Part shown: positions 37,652 to 47,749 of the stretch, one piece after another | Numbering within the stretch: the first letter of the stretch is position 1 | Layout of the letters: every line of letters starts with the position of its first letter | Origin: a virus | Reading direction: 5' to 3' (one strand) | IMG/VR virus record: IMGVR_UViG_3300031963_000063 | Span: 21,487-85,486 of that record | Length of the DNA stretch: 64,000 bases | The notes under the pieces: model-generated | Told to the model about the DNA's origin: nothing | Database searches by the model: none | What the model saw: the letters and a program-made list of their open reading frames with translations, nothing else | Translations under genes and position numbers: made by a program

Positions 37652-40600
37652 TCAAACTACGATAGAAGTAAAACTAATCTTAAATGTTGTTGAAGAAGAA
37701 CTTGCAGGGGTTGCCAGTAACCTTATATTTGCACCAGAAATATCCACATCATAACTAGCAACAGTTCCATTATTATAGACAGTTCCATATTCAGTCAAAT
37801 ATGCATTTGTACTATCATGAACTACAAGTATCTTTGTAGTATGGAAATTAGTTCCTTCAACTGCCTGAACAAGGTATTCGACAGAACGATACTGGTTTCT
37901 TGAAATAGTATGAATAGATGTTTGTGATGTTGTAGTTGTTGTTGCAGTTGCTGATCCTGTTCTGGTTGAAGTTGTATCATGAGTTGGTGCAGTTATTATA
38001 CCAGAAACATTTGCATTGGTGTAAGTTAAGTCAGTACCAGAGATTGTGGTAACAACACCAGTTACAATGTTTCCAGTAGTAGCATTAGCAGTCGTAAAGT
38101 TACCAGTAGTATAAGTAGCATTAGAACCACTAAGTGTGGTAACAACACCTGTTACAATGTTACCTGTGGTAGCATTAGCAGTCCCAAAATTACCAGTCGT
38201 ATAAGTTGCTGTTGTACCGGAAAGAGTTGTAACGACACCCGTAACGATATTACCAGTTGTCGCATTAGCAGTTGTAAAGTTACCAGTGGTGTAAGTTGCA
38301 TTGGTGCCACTTAAGGTTGTGACCAAACCAGTAACAATGTTACCAGTAGTAGCATTAGCAGTTGTAAAGTTACCAGTGGTGTAAGTTGCATTGGTGCCAC
38401 TTAAGGTTGTTACGACACCAGTGACAATGTTACCAGTGGTGGCATTAGCAGTTGTAAAGTTACCTGTAGTGTAAGTTGCCGTGGTTCCAGAAAGAGTTGT
38501 TACGACACCAGTTACAATGTTACCAGTGGTGGCATTAAGAGTCGTGATAGTACCAATGCCACTGGTGATTAAGTTGGTAACAACACCAGTAACAATGTTA
38601 CCGATATTGGTATTAGCAGTTGTAAAGTTACCTGTAGTGTAAGTTGCCGTGGTTCCAGAAAGAGTTGTTACGACACCAGTAACAATGTTACCAGTAGTTG
38701 CATTAGCAGTTCCGAAGTTACCGGTCGTATAAGTTGCCGTGGTTCCAGAAAGAGTTGTTACGACACCAGTTACAATGTTTCCAGTAGTAGCATTAGCAGT
38801 CGTAAAGTTACCAGTAGTATAAGTAGCATTAGAACCACTAAGTGTGGTAACAACACCTGTTACAATGTTACCTGTGGTAGCATTAGCAGTTCCGAAGTTA
38901 CCAGTGGTGTAGGTAGCAGTAGTACCACTGAGTGTGGTAACAACACCAGTGACAATGTTACCAGTGGTGGCATTAAGAGTCGTGATAGTACCAATACCAC
39001 TGGTGGTTAAGTTGGTTACAATTCCAGTCCTAATATTTGCTCTATCAATTGAAGCATTAGTATAGGTAGCAGTAGTACCTGATAAAGTTGTTACGATTCC
39101 AGTAACGATGTTACCTGTTGTAGCATTAAGAGTCGTGATAGTACCAATGCCATTTGTGATTAAGTTGGTAACAATACCTGTTACAATGTTGCCATTCGTA
39201 ACATTGATATTTGTAATGGTACCAATTCCAGAAGCACTGATATTTGCTACTGTTAATAGAGTCGAACTTAAAACTTCAGTGCCATTAATCTCATAAGATT
39301 TACCAACAGCAAGATTAAAGTTCTCACTAGACTTTAAAGCAGTATTAGCATGATCATATGTTAATGTATTATCAGGACCAATTTTAATTCCAGCCCCATC
39401 TGCTAATAAATCAGTTGTTGCTGTAGAAGCAATTCCAACGATAAAATCAGCAAGTTCGATTGTTGCAGAATTGATGATGGTTTGTGTTCCATCAACGAAT
39501 AGATCTCCTTTAATTCTTACGGCACCAGTATTATCTCCAACTGCTGCCGGATCAATAATAAGTTCTGAAGGGCCTTGAATTTGACCAGTTAATTTAATAT
39601 TACCAACTACATCTAATTTTGATGTTGGATTTGTGGTTCCAACTCCAAGATTACCAGAAACATAAGCACCACCAGTGACTTGAAGTTGTTGTGCCGTTAA
39701 ATTAGTTGTTGAAGTAATACCAAGAGTGCTTATTCCAGTATAATTTAAATTTGTACCACTTAGAGTTGTGACTACACCAGTAACAATGTTACCAGTGGTG
39801 GCATTAAGAGTCGTGATAGTACCAATGCCACTGGTGATTAAGTTGGTAACAACACCAGTAACAATGTTACCAGTGGTGGCATTAAGAGTCGTGATAGTAC
39901 CAATGCCACTGGTGATTAAGTTGGTAACAACACCAGTAACAATGTTACCAATATTAGTATTAGCAGTTACAAAATTACCAGTCGTATAAGTTGCTGTTGT
40001 ACCAGAAAGAGTTGTTACTAAACCAGTAACAATATTACCAGTGGTAGCATTAAGAGTGGTGATAGTACCAATACCACTTGTGATTAAGTTGGTTACGACA
40101 CCAGTGACAATGTTACCAGTGGTGGCATTAGCAGTTGTAAAATTACCGGTCGTATAAGTAGCAGTAGTACCTGATAAAGTTGTTACGACACCAGTTACAA
40201 TATTACCAGTGGTGGCATTAAGAGTCGTGATAGTACCAATGCCACTGGTGATTAAGTTGGTAACAACACCAGTAACAATGTTACCAATATTAGTATTAGC
40301 AGTTACAAAATTACCGGTCGTATAAGTAGCAGTAGTACCTGATAAAGTTGTTACGACACCAGTTACAATATTACCAGTGGTAGCATTAGCAGTTCCGAAG
40401 TTACCGGTCGTATAAGTTGCCGTGGTTCCAGAAAGAGTTGTTACTAAACCAGTAACAATATTACCAGTGATGGCATTAAGAGTTGTGATAGTGCCAATGC
40501 CACTTGTGGTTAAGTTGGTTACAATACCAGTCTTAACATATGCTAGATCAATTGATGCGGTAGATACGGTAGCAATACCAGATACAATAAAATTAGTAAC

Positions 40601-43258
40601 AATACCAGTTCTAATATTTGCAGTATTAATTGATGCATCAGTGTAGGTAGCAGTGGTACCAGATAAAGTAGTTACAACACCAGTTACAATGTTACCTGTT
40701 GTGGCATTAAGAGTCGTGATAGTACCAATGCCACTTGTGCGTAAATTAGTTACGATTCCAGTAACGACATTACCGATATTAGTATTAACAGTTGTAAAAT
40801 TACCTGTAATATAAGTTGCTCCTACACCAGAAAGAGTTGTAATAACACCAATATCTACAATAGCGTTAGTTACATTAGCAGTGTCAAAATTACCGGTCGT
40901 ATAAGTAGCAGTAGTACCTGATAAAGTTGTTACGACACCAGTTACAATGTTACCAGTGGTGGCATTAAGAGTCGTGATAGTACCAATGCCACTTGTGCGT
41001 AAATTAGTTACGATTCCAGTAACGATGTTACCTGTTGTGGCATTAAGATTTGTGATAGTGCCAATGCCACTTGTGGTTAAGTTGGTTACAACACCAGTTA
41101 CAATATTACCAATGTTAGTATTAATAGTTGTGAACGTAGATATTCCTATTACATTCAGTTGGGATGTGTTTAATATTCCATAAACAGTTGCCCCAGCACC
41201 TGTAGTTTCAAATTTTGTGCTACTGCCATGATAAAGTTGTACAGATCCATTCTCAGTAGCAACAACCATTGGTTGACTATTAAGAATTAAACTAATATTT
41301 CCACCATTAGATCTAAGATTTAAAGTTCCAGGTCCTTGTTCATAAATCCAACTATCAGTTCCATCATGATAAATTTTTAAATCATCATCATCACCTAAAA
41401 TTATTTGATCATTATCTCCCAATCTTATATTGCTTTGGAATGTAGCAACACCAGATACAGTTAGATTAGTTACAATACCAGAAGTAATGCTGGCAATACC
41501 AGTGGTTATTAAGTTAGTTGTAATACCAGTCTTAACATATGCTAGATCAATTGATGCTGTAGCAATAGTACCAATACCAGAGGTGGTTAAGTTGGTTACA
41601 ATACCAGTAACAATATTAGCATTTGTAATATTGGTAGTAGTACTATTAAGTGTTGCAATAGTACCAACACCAGTTACATTCAGGTTATTGGTTGTCGTTA
41701 AACCACTAGAGTTAATATTTGCTACGGTTAGAAGAGTTGAACTTAAAACCTCAGTACCATCAATCTCATAAACCTTTCCAACAGCAAGATTAAAGTTTTC
41801 ACTAGACTTTAATGCCGTATTAGCATGATCATATGTTAATGTATTATTAGGACCAATTTTAATTCCAGCACCATCGGCAAGTACATCTGTTGTTGCCGTT
41901 GAAGCAATACCAACGATGAAATCTGCAATTTCTACTGTTGTTGAATTGATAACAGTCTGAACACCATCAACGAATAGATCTCCTTTGATTCTAACTGATC
42001 CAGTATTATCACCAACACCAGCAGGATCAATAGTAATTTCAGAAGGACCACTGATTGTATTTTGAGTAATATTAATTCCTGTACCAAAATTACCAGTAGA
42101 AAATCTGTCGAAGGATGTTACTACTCCAGTTGAGATTATATTTTCATTTACTTCTACGTTACCAATGAACTTAGCATTCGTATTAAAAGTAGAAATACCA
42201 GAAACAATTAATCTATCGTCAATGAGTATAGTACCATCTGCAGAATCAATAGTTAGATTTCCGACAGTAGTATCAATTTCATTATCACCACTAATTCCTA
42301 TTTGAACATTATCAATTGTGACACCATTATTTGCATCTAAAAGTTGACTAAAAGTTGCTATGCCAGAAACAATTAATGATGAATCAATGTTAACAAGATT
42401 ATTATCCGAATCTAGGATTAAATCCCCAGTGTTGGTGTAAATTTTATTAATATCCCCAACACCAATTAAAATATTATCAATAAATGCACCCTTTTCTGCA
42501 AAAATAGTTTCGGCAAATGTTACTACCCCTACAAAATTTGAGTGCCCATCGATTGCGGCATTACGATTTACTTTTAAATCACCAAAAGTAGATATACCAG
42601 TTACAAAGGTATTACCAACAACATGAAGTTTTGACGTTGGGGTTGTTGTACCTATGCCAACATCATTATTGAGATTAATTCTTATTGCGTTTTGATTATT
42701 AGCACCTAATCCAAGTTGAATATTATCAGCAGCATTAATATTAGAAACTAAATTTTGATGCGAAAAAACTAAATCACCTTGTCCACCTGTTACAAATCTT
42801 ATATTACCACCATCAACTTCAAGAGCATATGCTCCAATTTCACCTTGAGTAAGACCGATCCCAACTTTTCCAGCAGAAGTTACAACAAATGGTGTTATAT
42901 CAGGATTTAAGCTATCTTCAACTACCAATGCTGGACCCGATCCAGTTTGAGTAATTCTTACAAGTTCAGAGCTGTTATTTCCACTAAAAATAGCGCCCCC
43001 AGAAACATGTAGTGGTGCTAAAGATAATGTTGTTCCTATACCAACCGAATTCAAATAATAAATCGACCCTGCACCAAAGTTCTCTGTCCAAGGTGTTAAC
43101 AGGGCAATGGTTGTACCTATTGCGACACCACCAGTGTCTCTCTTCCCCCATAGGTAACCATCATAAAAGTTAAAAGCTAATTCACCTAACTGTAAATCAT
43201 TTACTACAGGTCTCTTACCAGGTACAGCAGACCTTTTTAGTCTAATTGGAGTTGCCAT
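37652..43258 (-). CDS. Giant tail fibre (1868 aa) with Thr-rich tandem repeats
   Basis: MATPIRLKRSAVPGKRP...LQLGELAFN fibre N-terminus; YRSVEYLVQ...YLTEYG C-terminal domain. Confidence 0.8.
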   Translation of the reverse strand: MATPIRLKRSAVPGKRPVVNDLQLGELAFNFYDGYLWGKRDTGGVAIGTTIALLTPWTENFGAGSIYYLNSVGIGTTLSLAPLHVSGGAIFSGNNSSELVRITQTGSGPALVVEDSLNPDITPFVVTSAGKVGIGLTQGEIGAYALEVDGGNIRFVTGGQGDLVFSHQNLVSNINAADNIQLGLGANNQNAIRINLNNDVGIGTTTPTSKLHVVGNTFVTGISTFGDLKVNRNAAIDGHSNFVGVVTFAETIFAEKGAFIDNILIGVGDINKIYTNTGDLILDSDNNLVNIDSSLIVSGIATFSQLLDANNGVTIDNVQIGISGDNEIDTTVGNLTIDSADGTILIDDRLIVSGISTFNTNAKFIGNVEVNENIISTGVVTSFDRFSTGNFGTGINITQNTISGPSEITIDPAGVGDNTGSVRIKGDLFVDGVQTVINSTTVEIADFIVGIASTATTDVLADGAGIKIGPNNTLTYDHANTALKSSENFNLAVGKVYEIDGTEVLSSTLLTVANINSSGLTTTNNLNVTGVGTIATLNSTTTNITNANIVTGIVTNLTTSGIGTIATASIDLAYVKTGITTNLITTGIASITSGIVTNLTVSGVATFQSNIRLGDNDQIILGDDDDLKIYHDGTDSWIYEQGPGTLNLRSNGGNISLILNSQPMVVATENGSVQLYHGSSTKFETTGAGATVYGILNTSQLNVIGISTFTTINTNIGNIVTGVVTNLTTSGIGTITNLNATTGNIVTGIVTNLRTSGIGTITTLNATTGNIVTGVVTTLSGTTATYTTGNFDTANVTNAIVDIGVITTLSGVGATYITGNFTTVNTNIGNVVTGIVTNLRTSGIGTITTLNATTGNIVTGVVTTLSGTTATYTDASINTANIRTGIVTNFIVSGIATVSTASIDLAYVKTGIVTNLTTSGIGTITTLNAITGNIVTGLVTTLSGTTATYTTGNFGTANATTGNIVTGVVTTLSGTTATYTTGNFVTANTNIGNIVTGVVTNLITSGIGTITTLNATTGNIVTGVVTTLSGTTATYTTGNFTTANATTGNIVTGVVTNLITSGIGTITTLNATTGNIVTGLVTTLSGTTATYTTGNFVTANTNIGNIVTGVVTNLITSGIGTITTLNATTGNIVTGVVTNLITSGIGTITTLNATTGNIVTGVVTTLSGTNLNYTGISTLGITSTTNLTAQQLQVTGGAYVSGNLGVGTTNPTSKLDVVGNIKLTGQIQGPSELIIDPAAVGDNTGAVRIKGDLFVDGTQTIINSATIELADFIVGIASTATTDLLADGAGIKIGPDNTLTYDHANTALKSSENFNLAVGKSYEINGTEVLSSTLLTVANISASGIGTITNINVTNGNIVTGIVTNLITNGIGTITTLNATTGNIVTGIVTTLSGTTATYTNASIDRANIRTGIVTNLTTSGIGTITTLNATTGNIVTGVVTTLSGTTATYTTGNFGTANATTGNIVTGVVTTLSGSNATYTTGNFTTANATTGNIVTGVVTTLSGTTATYTTGNFGTANATTGNIVTGVVTTLSGTTATYTTGNFTTANTNIGNIVTGVVTNLITSGIGTITTLNATTGNIVTGVVTTLSGTTATYTTGNFTTANATTGNIVTGVVTTLSGTNATYTTGNFTTANATTGNIVTGLVTTLSGTNATYTTGNFTTANATTGNIVTGVVTTLSGTTATYTTGNFGTANATTGNIVTGVVTTLSGSNATYTTGNFTTANATTGNIVTGVVTTISGTDLTYTNANVSGIITAPTHDTTSTRTGSATATTTTTSQTSIHTISRNQYRSVEYLVQAVEGTNFHTTKILVVHDSTNAYLTEYGTVYNNGTVASYDVDISGANIRLLATPASSSSTTFKISFTSIVV
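38030..41110 (-). repeat. Coding tandem repeats of 25- and 30-aa units (TTGNIVTGVVTTLSGTTATYTTGNFTTANA; TTGNIVTGVVTNLITSGIGTITTLNA-like)
   Basis: Two repeat blocks interrupted by a non-repeat module at ~39240-39740. Confidence 0.85.
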
Positions 43259-43368
43259 TTATCGTAAGACGGTATTTACCTTTTTGCAGTATATACTGCA
43301 TGTCTTAGACTATCCAATTAGGTTCACTATCCCCTATGGTTCGTCTTTTACAAGTATTTATTAAATAC

Positions 43369-43740
43369 TCAACTGGCATTATTTCTTCTAGGACGATATG
43401 CAAATAAATTAGTAGGAGGATCTGGTTTCATCCATTCTTCTATTTTATCAAACCTCTCTTCACTATAAAAATCTTGTTGAACATACCATAGTTTCCAATG
43501 CTCATGTCCCTTTGACTGGTTGCAGTCATGGCAGCAACAGACTACGTTTTTTGTATTATCCATTCCACCTTTAGACTGTGGAACAATGTGGTCAATCGTA
43601 AGGTTCTCTTCTGACCCACAATAAGCACATTGATGATTCCAACTTTCTTTTATCTTTTGCCTCCACATTCGTTTTGCCTCTCCAGAACTTGTTGCGTATA
43701 AATTAAACAAGTATTCTTTTGGAGAGTGTAGAGGTCCCAT
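43369..43740 (-). CDS. HNH endonuclease (McrA-like, Zn-binding)
   Basis: CAYCG...TIDHIVPQSKGG...NVVCCCHDCNQSKG. Confidence 0.85.
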   Translation of the reverse strand: MGPLHSPKEYLFNLYATSSGEAKRMWRQKIKESWNHQCAYCGSEENLTIDHIVPQSKGGMDNTKNVVCCCHDCNQSKGHEHWKLWYVQQDFYSEERFDKIEEWMKPDPPTNLFAYRPRRNNAS

Positions 43741-43743
43741 AAA

Positions 43744-43941
43744 TTACTGCGACTTATAATTATTTATCTTGGCACAAGCACCTCTTGCCCAGGCACGACT
43801 TAGACTATTGACATAAGAACAAGGTTTATTTTTTTGACCACAATGAGGACACACAGCATCTGGTGGATCTTTAATATATCCTTCTGGCGTATACACTTTG
43901 TTTTTCAAATTTTTTACTTGTTTATGTTTGCGGTGATTCAT
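43744..43941 (-). CDS. Small Cys-rich protein
   Basis: CPHCG...C...C; ATGA overlap with upstream gene. Confidence 0.55.
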   Translation of the reverse strand: MNHRKHKQVKNLKNKVYTPEGYIKDPPDAVCPHCGQKNKPCSYVNSLSRAWARGACAKINNYKSQ

Positions 43942-44243
43942 ACTCTCACAGGTTCTGCTTGCCTGTCTGGTAGTTTGATCTGAGGAAGTTTTTCTGGTTC
44001 TTCGACTCTCCAAGACCCACCAACTCCACCATCCATATTCACCACAATCTCATTAGTAGGAAGTGCTTTGGGAGTTTCAATATCCACCACCTGACCCATC
44101 AAAAACTTATTGCGAGTATAAGTGCGGTTCTGTGGGTCCATCGAAACCATATACAGAGCATCTTCTTCTGCTCCACAATCTAATAGTTTCTTTCCAGTTC
44201 TCTTATCAAGAACTGAAAAATACTCTTCATTATACTTTCTCAT
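43938..44243 (-). CDS. Hypothetical protein
   Basis: Start trimmed to MRKYNEE, downstream of TTTACA-N17-TACAAT promoter (44263-44291). Confidence 0.6.
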   Translation of the reverse strand: MRKYNEEYFSVLDKRTGKKLLDCGAEEDALYMVSMDPQNRTYTRNKFLMGQVVDIETPKALPTNEIVVNMDGGVGGSWRVEEPEKLPQIKLPDRQAEPVRV

Positions 44244-44457
44244 TGTCTTGTTTCTTTTCTTTATTGTACGATACTTTGGCAGGTCTGTAAAGGTTAGGCC
44301 AAGTATCACGAATTATTTCTGCTAACTTATAAGGTGTTTCAGAAGTGATCATAGATCTTGTAGTACTGATACTATAAACATAAAAATTCCAAATGCTATG
44401 AATGAGAAGAGCATTAAGAACATAAAAAAAGGAGTTCCGAGAACTCCCTTATTTAGA

Positions 44458-45519
44458 TTAGAGTGCATTGCCACGGGGCAAGACTTCCTCTGGGAACACA
44501 AAGTTCTCATGAGGTTGGTCAACAGGTGCCATCCAAGCACGGAGTCCTTCATTGAGTAGAATGTTCTTAGTATAGAAGGTTTCAAACTCAGGATCCTCTG
44601 CTGCTCTCACTTCCTGGGATACGAAATCATAAGCACGAAGATTGAGTGCGAGACCAATGATCCCAATAGAACTGGTCCAGAGACCCATGACGGGAACAAA
44701 GAGCATAAAGAAATGAAGCCAACGCTTATTGCTAAAAGCAATGCCAAAGATCTGCGACCAATATCGGTTAGCAGTGACCATAGAATAGGTCTCTTCCTCT
44801 TGAGTTGGTTCAAATGCTTTGAACGTGTTTGATTGGTCACTATCTTCATAAAGTGTATTCTCTACAGTTGCTCCGTGAATGGCACAGAGTAGTGCTCCTC
44901 CTAGTATACCAGCAACTCCCATCATATGGAAGGGGTTGAGAGTCCAGTTGTGGAAACCCTGAAGGAACAACAGGAACCTGAAGATAGCAGCAACACCAAA
45001 GGAAGGTGCAAAGAACCAACTGGATTGTCCCAGTGGATACATCAGGAACACAGATACAAATACTGCGATAGGACCAGAGAATGCGATTGCGTTGTAAGGA
45101 CGGATGCCTACAAGACGGGCAATCTCAAACTGACGCAACATGAAACCAATCAGGCTGAAAGCCCCGTGTAGTGCCACAAAAGGCCAGAGTCCCCCAAGTT
45201 GGACCCACCTGACGAAATCTCCCTGAGCTTCTGGACCCCATAGAAGAAGTAGGGAATGACCCATAGAATCTGCAGGGGTGCTTAATGCTGCGGTCAAAAA
45301 ATTACAACCTTCAAGATAAGAACTTGCTAATCCGTGTGTATAAAAACTTGTAACAAATGTAGTTCCAGTCAACCAACCACCAAGAGCAAGATATGCTGTT
45401 GGAAATAAGAGCAAACCACTCCAACCAACGAACACAAACCTATCCCTTTTCAACCAATCATCTAAAAGGTCAAACCAACCTTTTTGTTGGTTTGGAATTG
45501 AAAGTGTAGAAGAAGTCAT
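44458..45519 (-). CDS. psbD: Photosystem II D2 protein
   Basis: [16 protein letters not shown] ... [10 protein letters not shown]. Confidence 0.99.
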   Translation of the reverse strand: MTSSTLSIPNQQKGWFDLLDDWLKRDRFVFVGWSGLLLFPTAYLALGGWLTGTTFVTSFYTHGLASSYLEGCNFLTAALSTPADSMGHSLLLLWGPEAQGDFVRWVQLGGLWPFVALHGAFSLIGFMLRQFEIARLVGIRPYNAIAFSGPIAVFVSVFLMYPLGQSSWFFAPSFGVAAIFRFLLFLQGFHNWTLNPFHMMGVAGILGGALLCAIHGATVENTLYEDSDQSNTFKAFEPTQEEETYSMVTANRYWSQIFGIAFSNKRWLHFFMLFVPVMGLWTSSIGIIGLALNLRAYDFVSQEVRAAEDPEFETFYTKNILLNEGLRAWMAPVDQPHENFVFPEEVLPRGNAL

Positions 45520-45544
45520 AACCTCCTATGTATTTCTCATATTT

Positions 45545-45573
45545 AGTTTACAATACTTTACATAAAAGGTCAA
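45545..45573 (-). promoter_or_regulatory. psbD promoter with overlapping HLR1 (RpaB) direct repeat
   Basis: TTGACC-N17-TAAACT; plus strand TTTACAAT-AC-TTTACATA at 45547-45564. Confidence 0.65.
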
Positions 45574-45582
45574 TAGGGACTT

Positions 45583-46161
45583 TTACTTAATGTATCTTGG
45601 GTCAATCGGTTTATCTGGGTCAAGACCTTTTGCCTCTCTATACTTTCTCCACCTTTCTTTTGATGCTTCACTCCTCCTCTTTCTTTCTTCTTCACTAACA
45701 TTTGGATTTGAAGACCACCTCTTATTACCTATGAGTGATTTACTAACCTTTTCTTTGGTTTCTTCTGTATGCTTGTATCCAAGACATCTTTTATTACCTA
45801 AACCTGCCTCACCTATTTTTCTTTTATGTTCCTCACTCAACTTCATACCAGTTCTAAACTGTCTCAACTTCTCTTTACTTTCTTCTGTGTGCTTTGATTT
45901 ACCTTTATGTGCTTCACTCATCTTTTGTTTGGTCTCTTCTGTATGAACTCTTCCAGTTGGGTCCATCAGCAATCTTACAATTTCTTCTTTACCAATAGTT
46001 CCTTCTAAACCTTTCCAAGCACAATAATCTTTGATATTACCATATTGTTCCCACAACTCTCTGTGTGCCTCTGCGTGTTCTTCCACAGTTAGTTCAATAA
46101 GATTAGAAGGGTCGTCAGTTCCACCCATATGTCTTGGAACAATATGATGTTTATGTTTCAT
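45583..46161 (-). CDS. Free-standing HNH homing endonuclease with NUMOD3 repeats
   Basis: HKHHIVPRHMGG...NLIELTVEEHAEAH; HTEETKQKMS-type repeats; own late promoter TATAAATA at 46191-46198. Confidence 0.85.
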   Translation of the reverse strand: MKHKHHIVPRHMGGTDDPSNLIELTVEEHAEAHRELWEQYGNIKDYCAWKGLEGTIGKEEIVRLLMDPTGRVHTEETKQKMSEAHKGKSKHTEESKEKLRQFRTGMKLSEEHKRKIGEAGLGNKRCLGYKHTEETKEKVSKSLIGNKRWSSNPNVSEEERKRRSEASKERWRKYREAKGLDPDKPIDPRYIK

Positions 46162-46255
46162 TCTTACTGCTACTGTGTCTACTACATAAGTATTTATACA
46201 TTATAGCACAAAAAAGAGACCCTTGCGGATCTCTCAAAAAACTATTGAGTTTTTA

Positions 46256-47335
46256 TCAACCGATAGAAGGTGCAGTCAGAGCAACAGGAGTTGCTTCGGC
46301 AGCAGCAAGGTCAAGAGGAAAATTGTGAGCATTCCTTTCATGCATCACCTCCATGCCCAGACCAGCACGGTTAAGAACATCAGCCCAGGTGTTAATAACT
46401 TTACCCTGACTATCAACGATAGACTGGTTGAAGTTAAAACCATTCAGGTTAAATGCCATGGTGCTAACACCAAGAGCAGTGAACCAGATGCCAACTACAG
46501 GCCATGCAGCAAGGAAGAAGTGAAGTGAACGAGAGTTGTTGAACGATGCATACTGGAAGATCAGACGACCAAAGTATCCATGAGCAGCAACAATGTTATA
46601 GGTCTCTTCTTCTTGACCAAACTTGTACCCATAGTTCTGTGACTCATTCTCAGTGGTTTCACGAACCAGTGAGGAAGTAACTAGAGAACCATGCATAGCA
46701 GAGAACAGAGAACCACCAAACACACCAGCAACTCCAAGCATGTGGAAGGGGTGCATCAGGATGTTGTGCTCTGCCTGGAACACAAGCATGTAGTTGAATG
46801 TACCAGAGATACCCAGAGGCATCGCATCAGAGAAAGAACCTTGACCAAAAGGATACACCAGGAACACTGCGCTCGCAGCAGCAACAGGTGCGCTATAAGC
46901 AACACAGATCCAAGGACGCATACCCAAACGGTAGGAAAGTTCCCACTCACGACCCATGTAAGCATAGATGCCAATGAGGAAGTGGAAGACTACCAGTTGG
47001 AAAGGTCCACCGTTGTAAAGCCACTCATCTAGGGAAGCAGCTTCCCAGATGGGGTAGAAGTGAAGTCCAATAGCATTGGACGACGGAATCACAGCACCAG
47101 AGATGATGTTGTTTCCGTACATGAGTGAACCAGCAACGGGTTCACGGATACCATCGATGTCCACAGGAGGAGCAGCGATGAACGCAACGATGAAGCAGAT
47201 TGTTGCGGCAAGCAGACAAGGAATCATCAGAACGCCGAACCAACCCACATAGAGGCGGTTGTCGGTGCTGGTGACCCAGTTGCAGAATTGATCCCAAGTA
47301 TTCAGTTGTCGTTGTTGTGCAATAGAAGCAGCCAT
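46256..47335 (-). CDS. psbA: Photosystem II D1 protein (uninterrupted)
   Basis: [14 protein letters not shown] ... [13 protein letters not shown]. Confidence 0.99.
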   Translation of the reverse strand: MAASIAQQRQLNTWDQFCNWVTSTDNRLYVGWFGVLMIPCLLAATICFIVAFIAAPPVDIDGIREPVAGSLMYGNNIISGAVIPSSNAIGLHFYPIWEAASLDEWLYNGGPFQLVVFHFLIGIYAYMGREWELSYRLGMRPWICVAYSAPVAAASAVFLVYPFGQGSFSDAMPLGISGTFNYMLVFQAEHNILMHPFHMLGVAGVFGGSLFSAMHGSLVTSSLVRETTENESQNYGYKFGQEEETYNIVAAHGYFGRLIFQYASFNNSRSLHFFLAAWPVVGIWFTALGVSTMAFNLNGFNFNQSIVDSQGKVINTWADVLNRAGLGMEVMHERNAHNFPLDLAAAEATPVALTAPSIG

Positions 47336-47349
47336 TTTTTTAAGCAGTT

Positions 47350-47455
47350 AGTAAGACCATCAGGGAAATGGTGGAGATACTATGCTCCCCGCACCCTTAG
47401 CGGGGATATGAGAGACGTTCTTATACACCCATAGGTCTCGGTTAGCGGGTGTTTG
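47350..47455 (-). ncRNA. Structured psbA 5' leader, PhotoRC-II-like motif
   Basis: CCGAGAC...GTCTC, TCCCCGC/GCGGGGA, ACCAT-TTCCCTG-ATGGT hairpin followed by CTTAC, upstream of phage psbA. Confidence 0.65.
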
Positions 47456-47502
47456 ACAATATTACAGAATGTTTAAGTTCCGTAACATTTGTTTACCTAT
47501 TT

Positions 47503-47531
47503 ATCATACTACGGTTTCCCGTCCACGTCAA
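47503..47531 (-). promoter_or_regulatory. psbA sigma70 promoter
   Basis: TTGACG-N17-TATGAT. Confidence 0.7.
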
Positions 47532-47692
47532 GCCCTGTATTCTTCCAATTTATCCAGGACTTTGTTGAGATACTGGTGTGCTAACCACTTTGGATCGTGC
47601 CCAGACTTATCCATCCATTCATTGTTCAAATCTCTTTTTATCTTAAGAACCTCAGACTTAATAATATCTTTGGTCAGGTATCCTCTGGGCAT
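47528..47692 (-). CDS. Small hypothetical protein (54 aa, MPRGYLTKD...YLNKVLDKLEEYRA)
   Basis: Translated by hand. Confidence 0.6.
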   Translation of the reverse strand: MPRGYLTKDIIKSEVLKIKRDLNNEWMDKSGHDPKWLAHQYLNKVLDKLEEYRA

Positions 47693-47749
47693 ATACTAAA
47701 AAACTCTGCTCAATATTTAGAGCAGAGTTTTAATTTATATCTTATTGTT

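Noticed and set aside
33600-41110. Regularly spaced DNA repeats resembling a CRISPR array
   Set aside because: They are in-frame, vary at third codon positions, have no unique spacers and lie inside fibre ORFs
12198-43258. Diversity-generating retroelement or invertase shufflon acting on fibres
   Set aside because: No reverse transcriptase or recombinase in the window, no adenine-specific TR/VR pair noticed, and all cassettes share one orientation
44349-44585. 78-aa ORF overlapping the psbD 3' end
   Set aside because: Mostly out-of-frame overlap that crosses the psbD terminator; at most the last 24 codons could be a real peptide
46256-47335. Group I intron in psbA
   Set aside because: The ORF is continuous and full length (359 aa); the nuclease is free-standing
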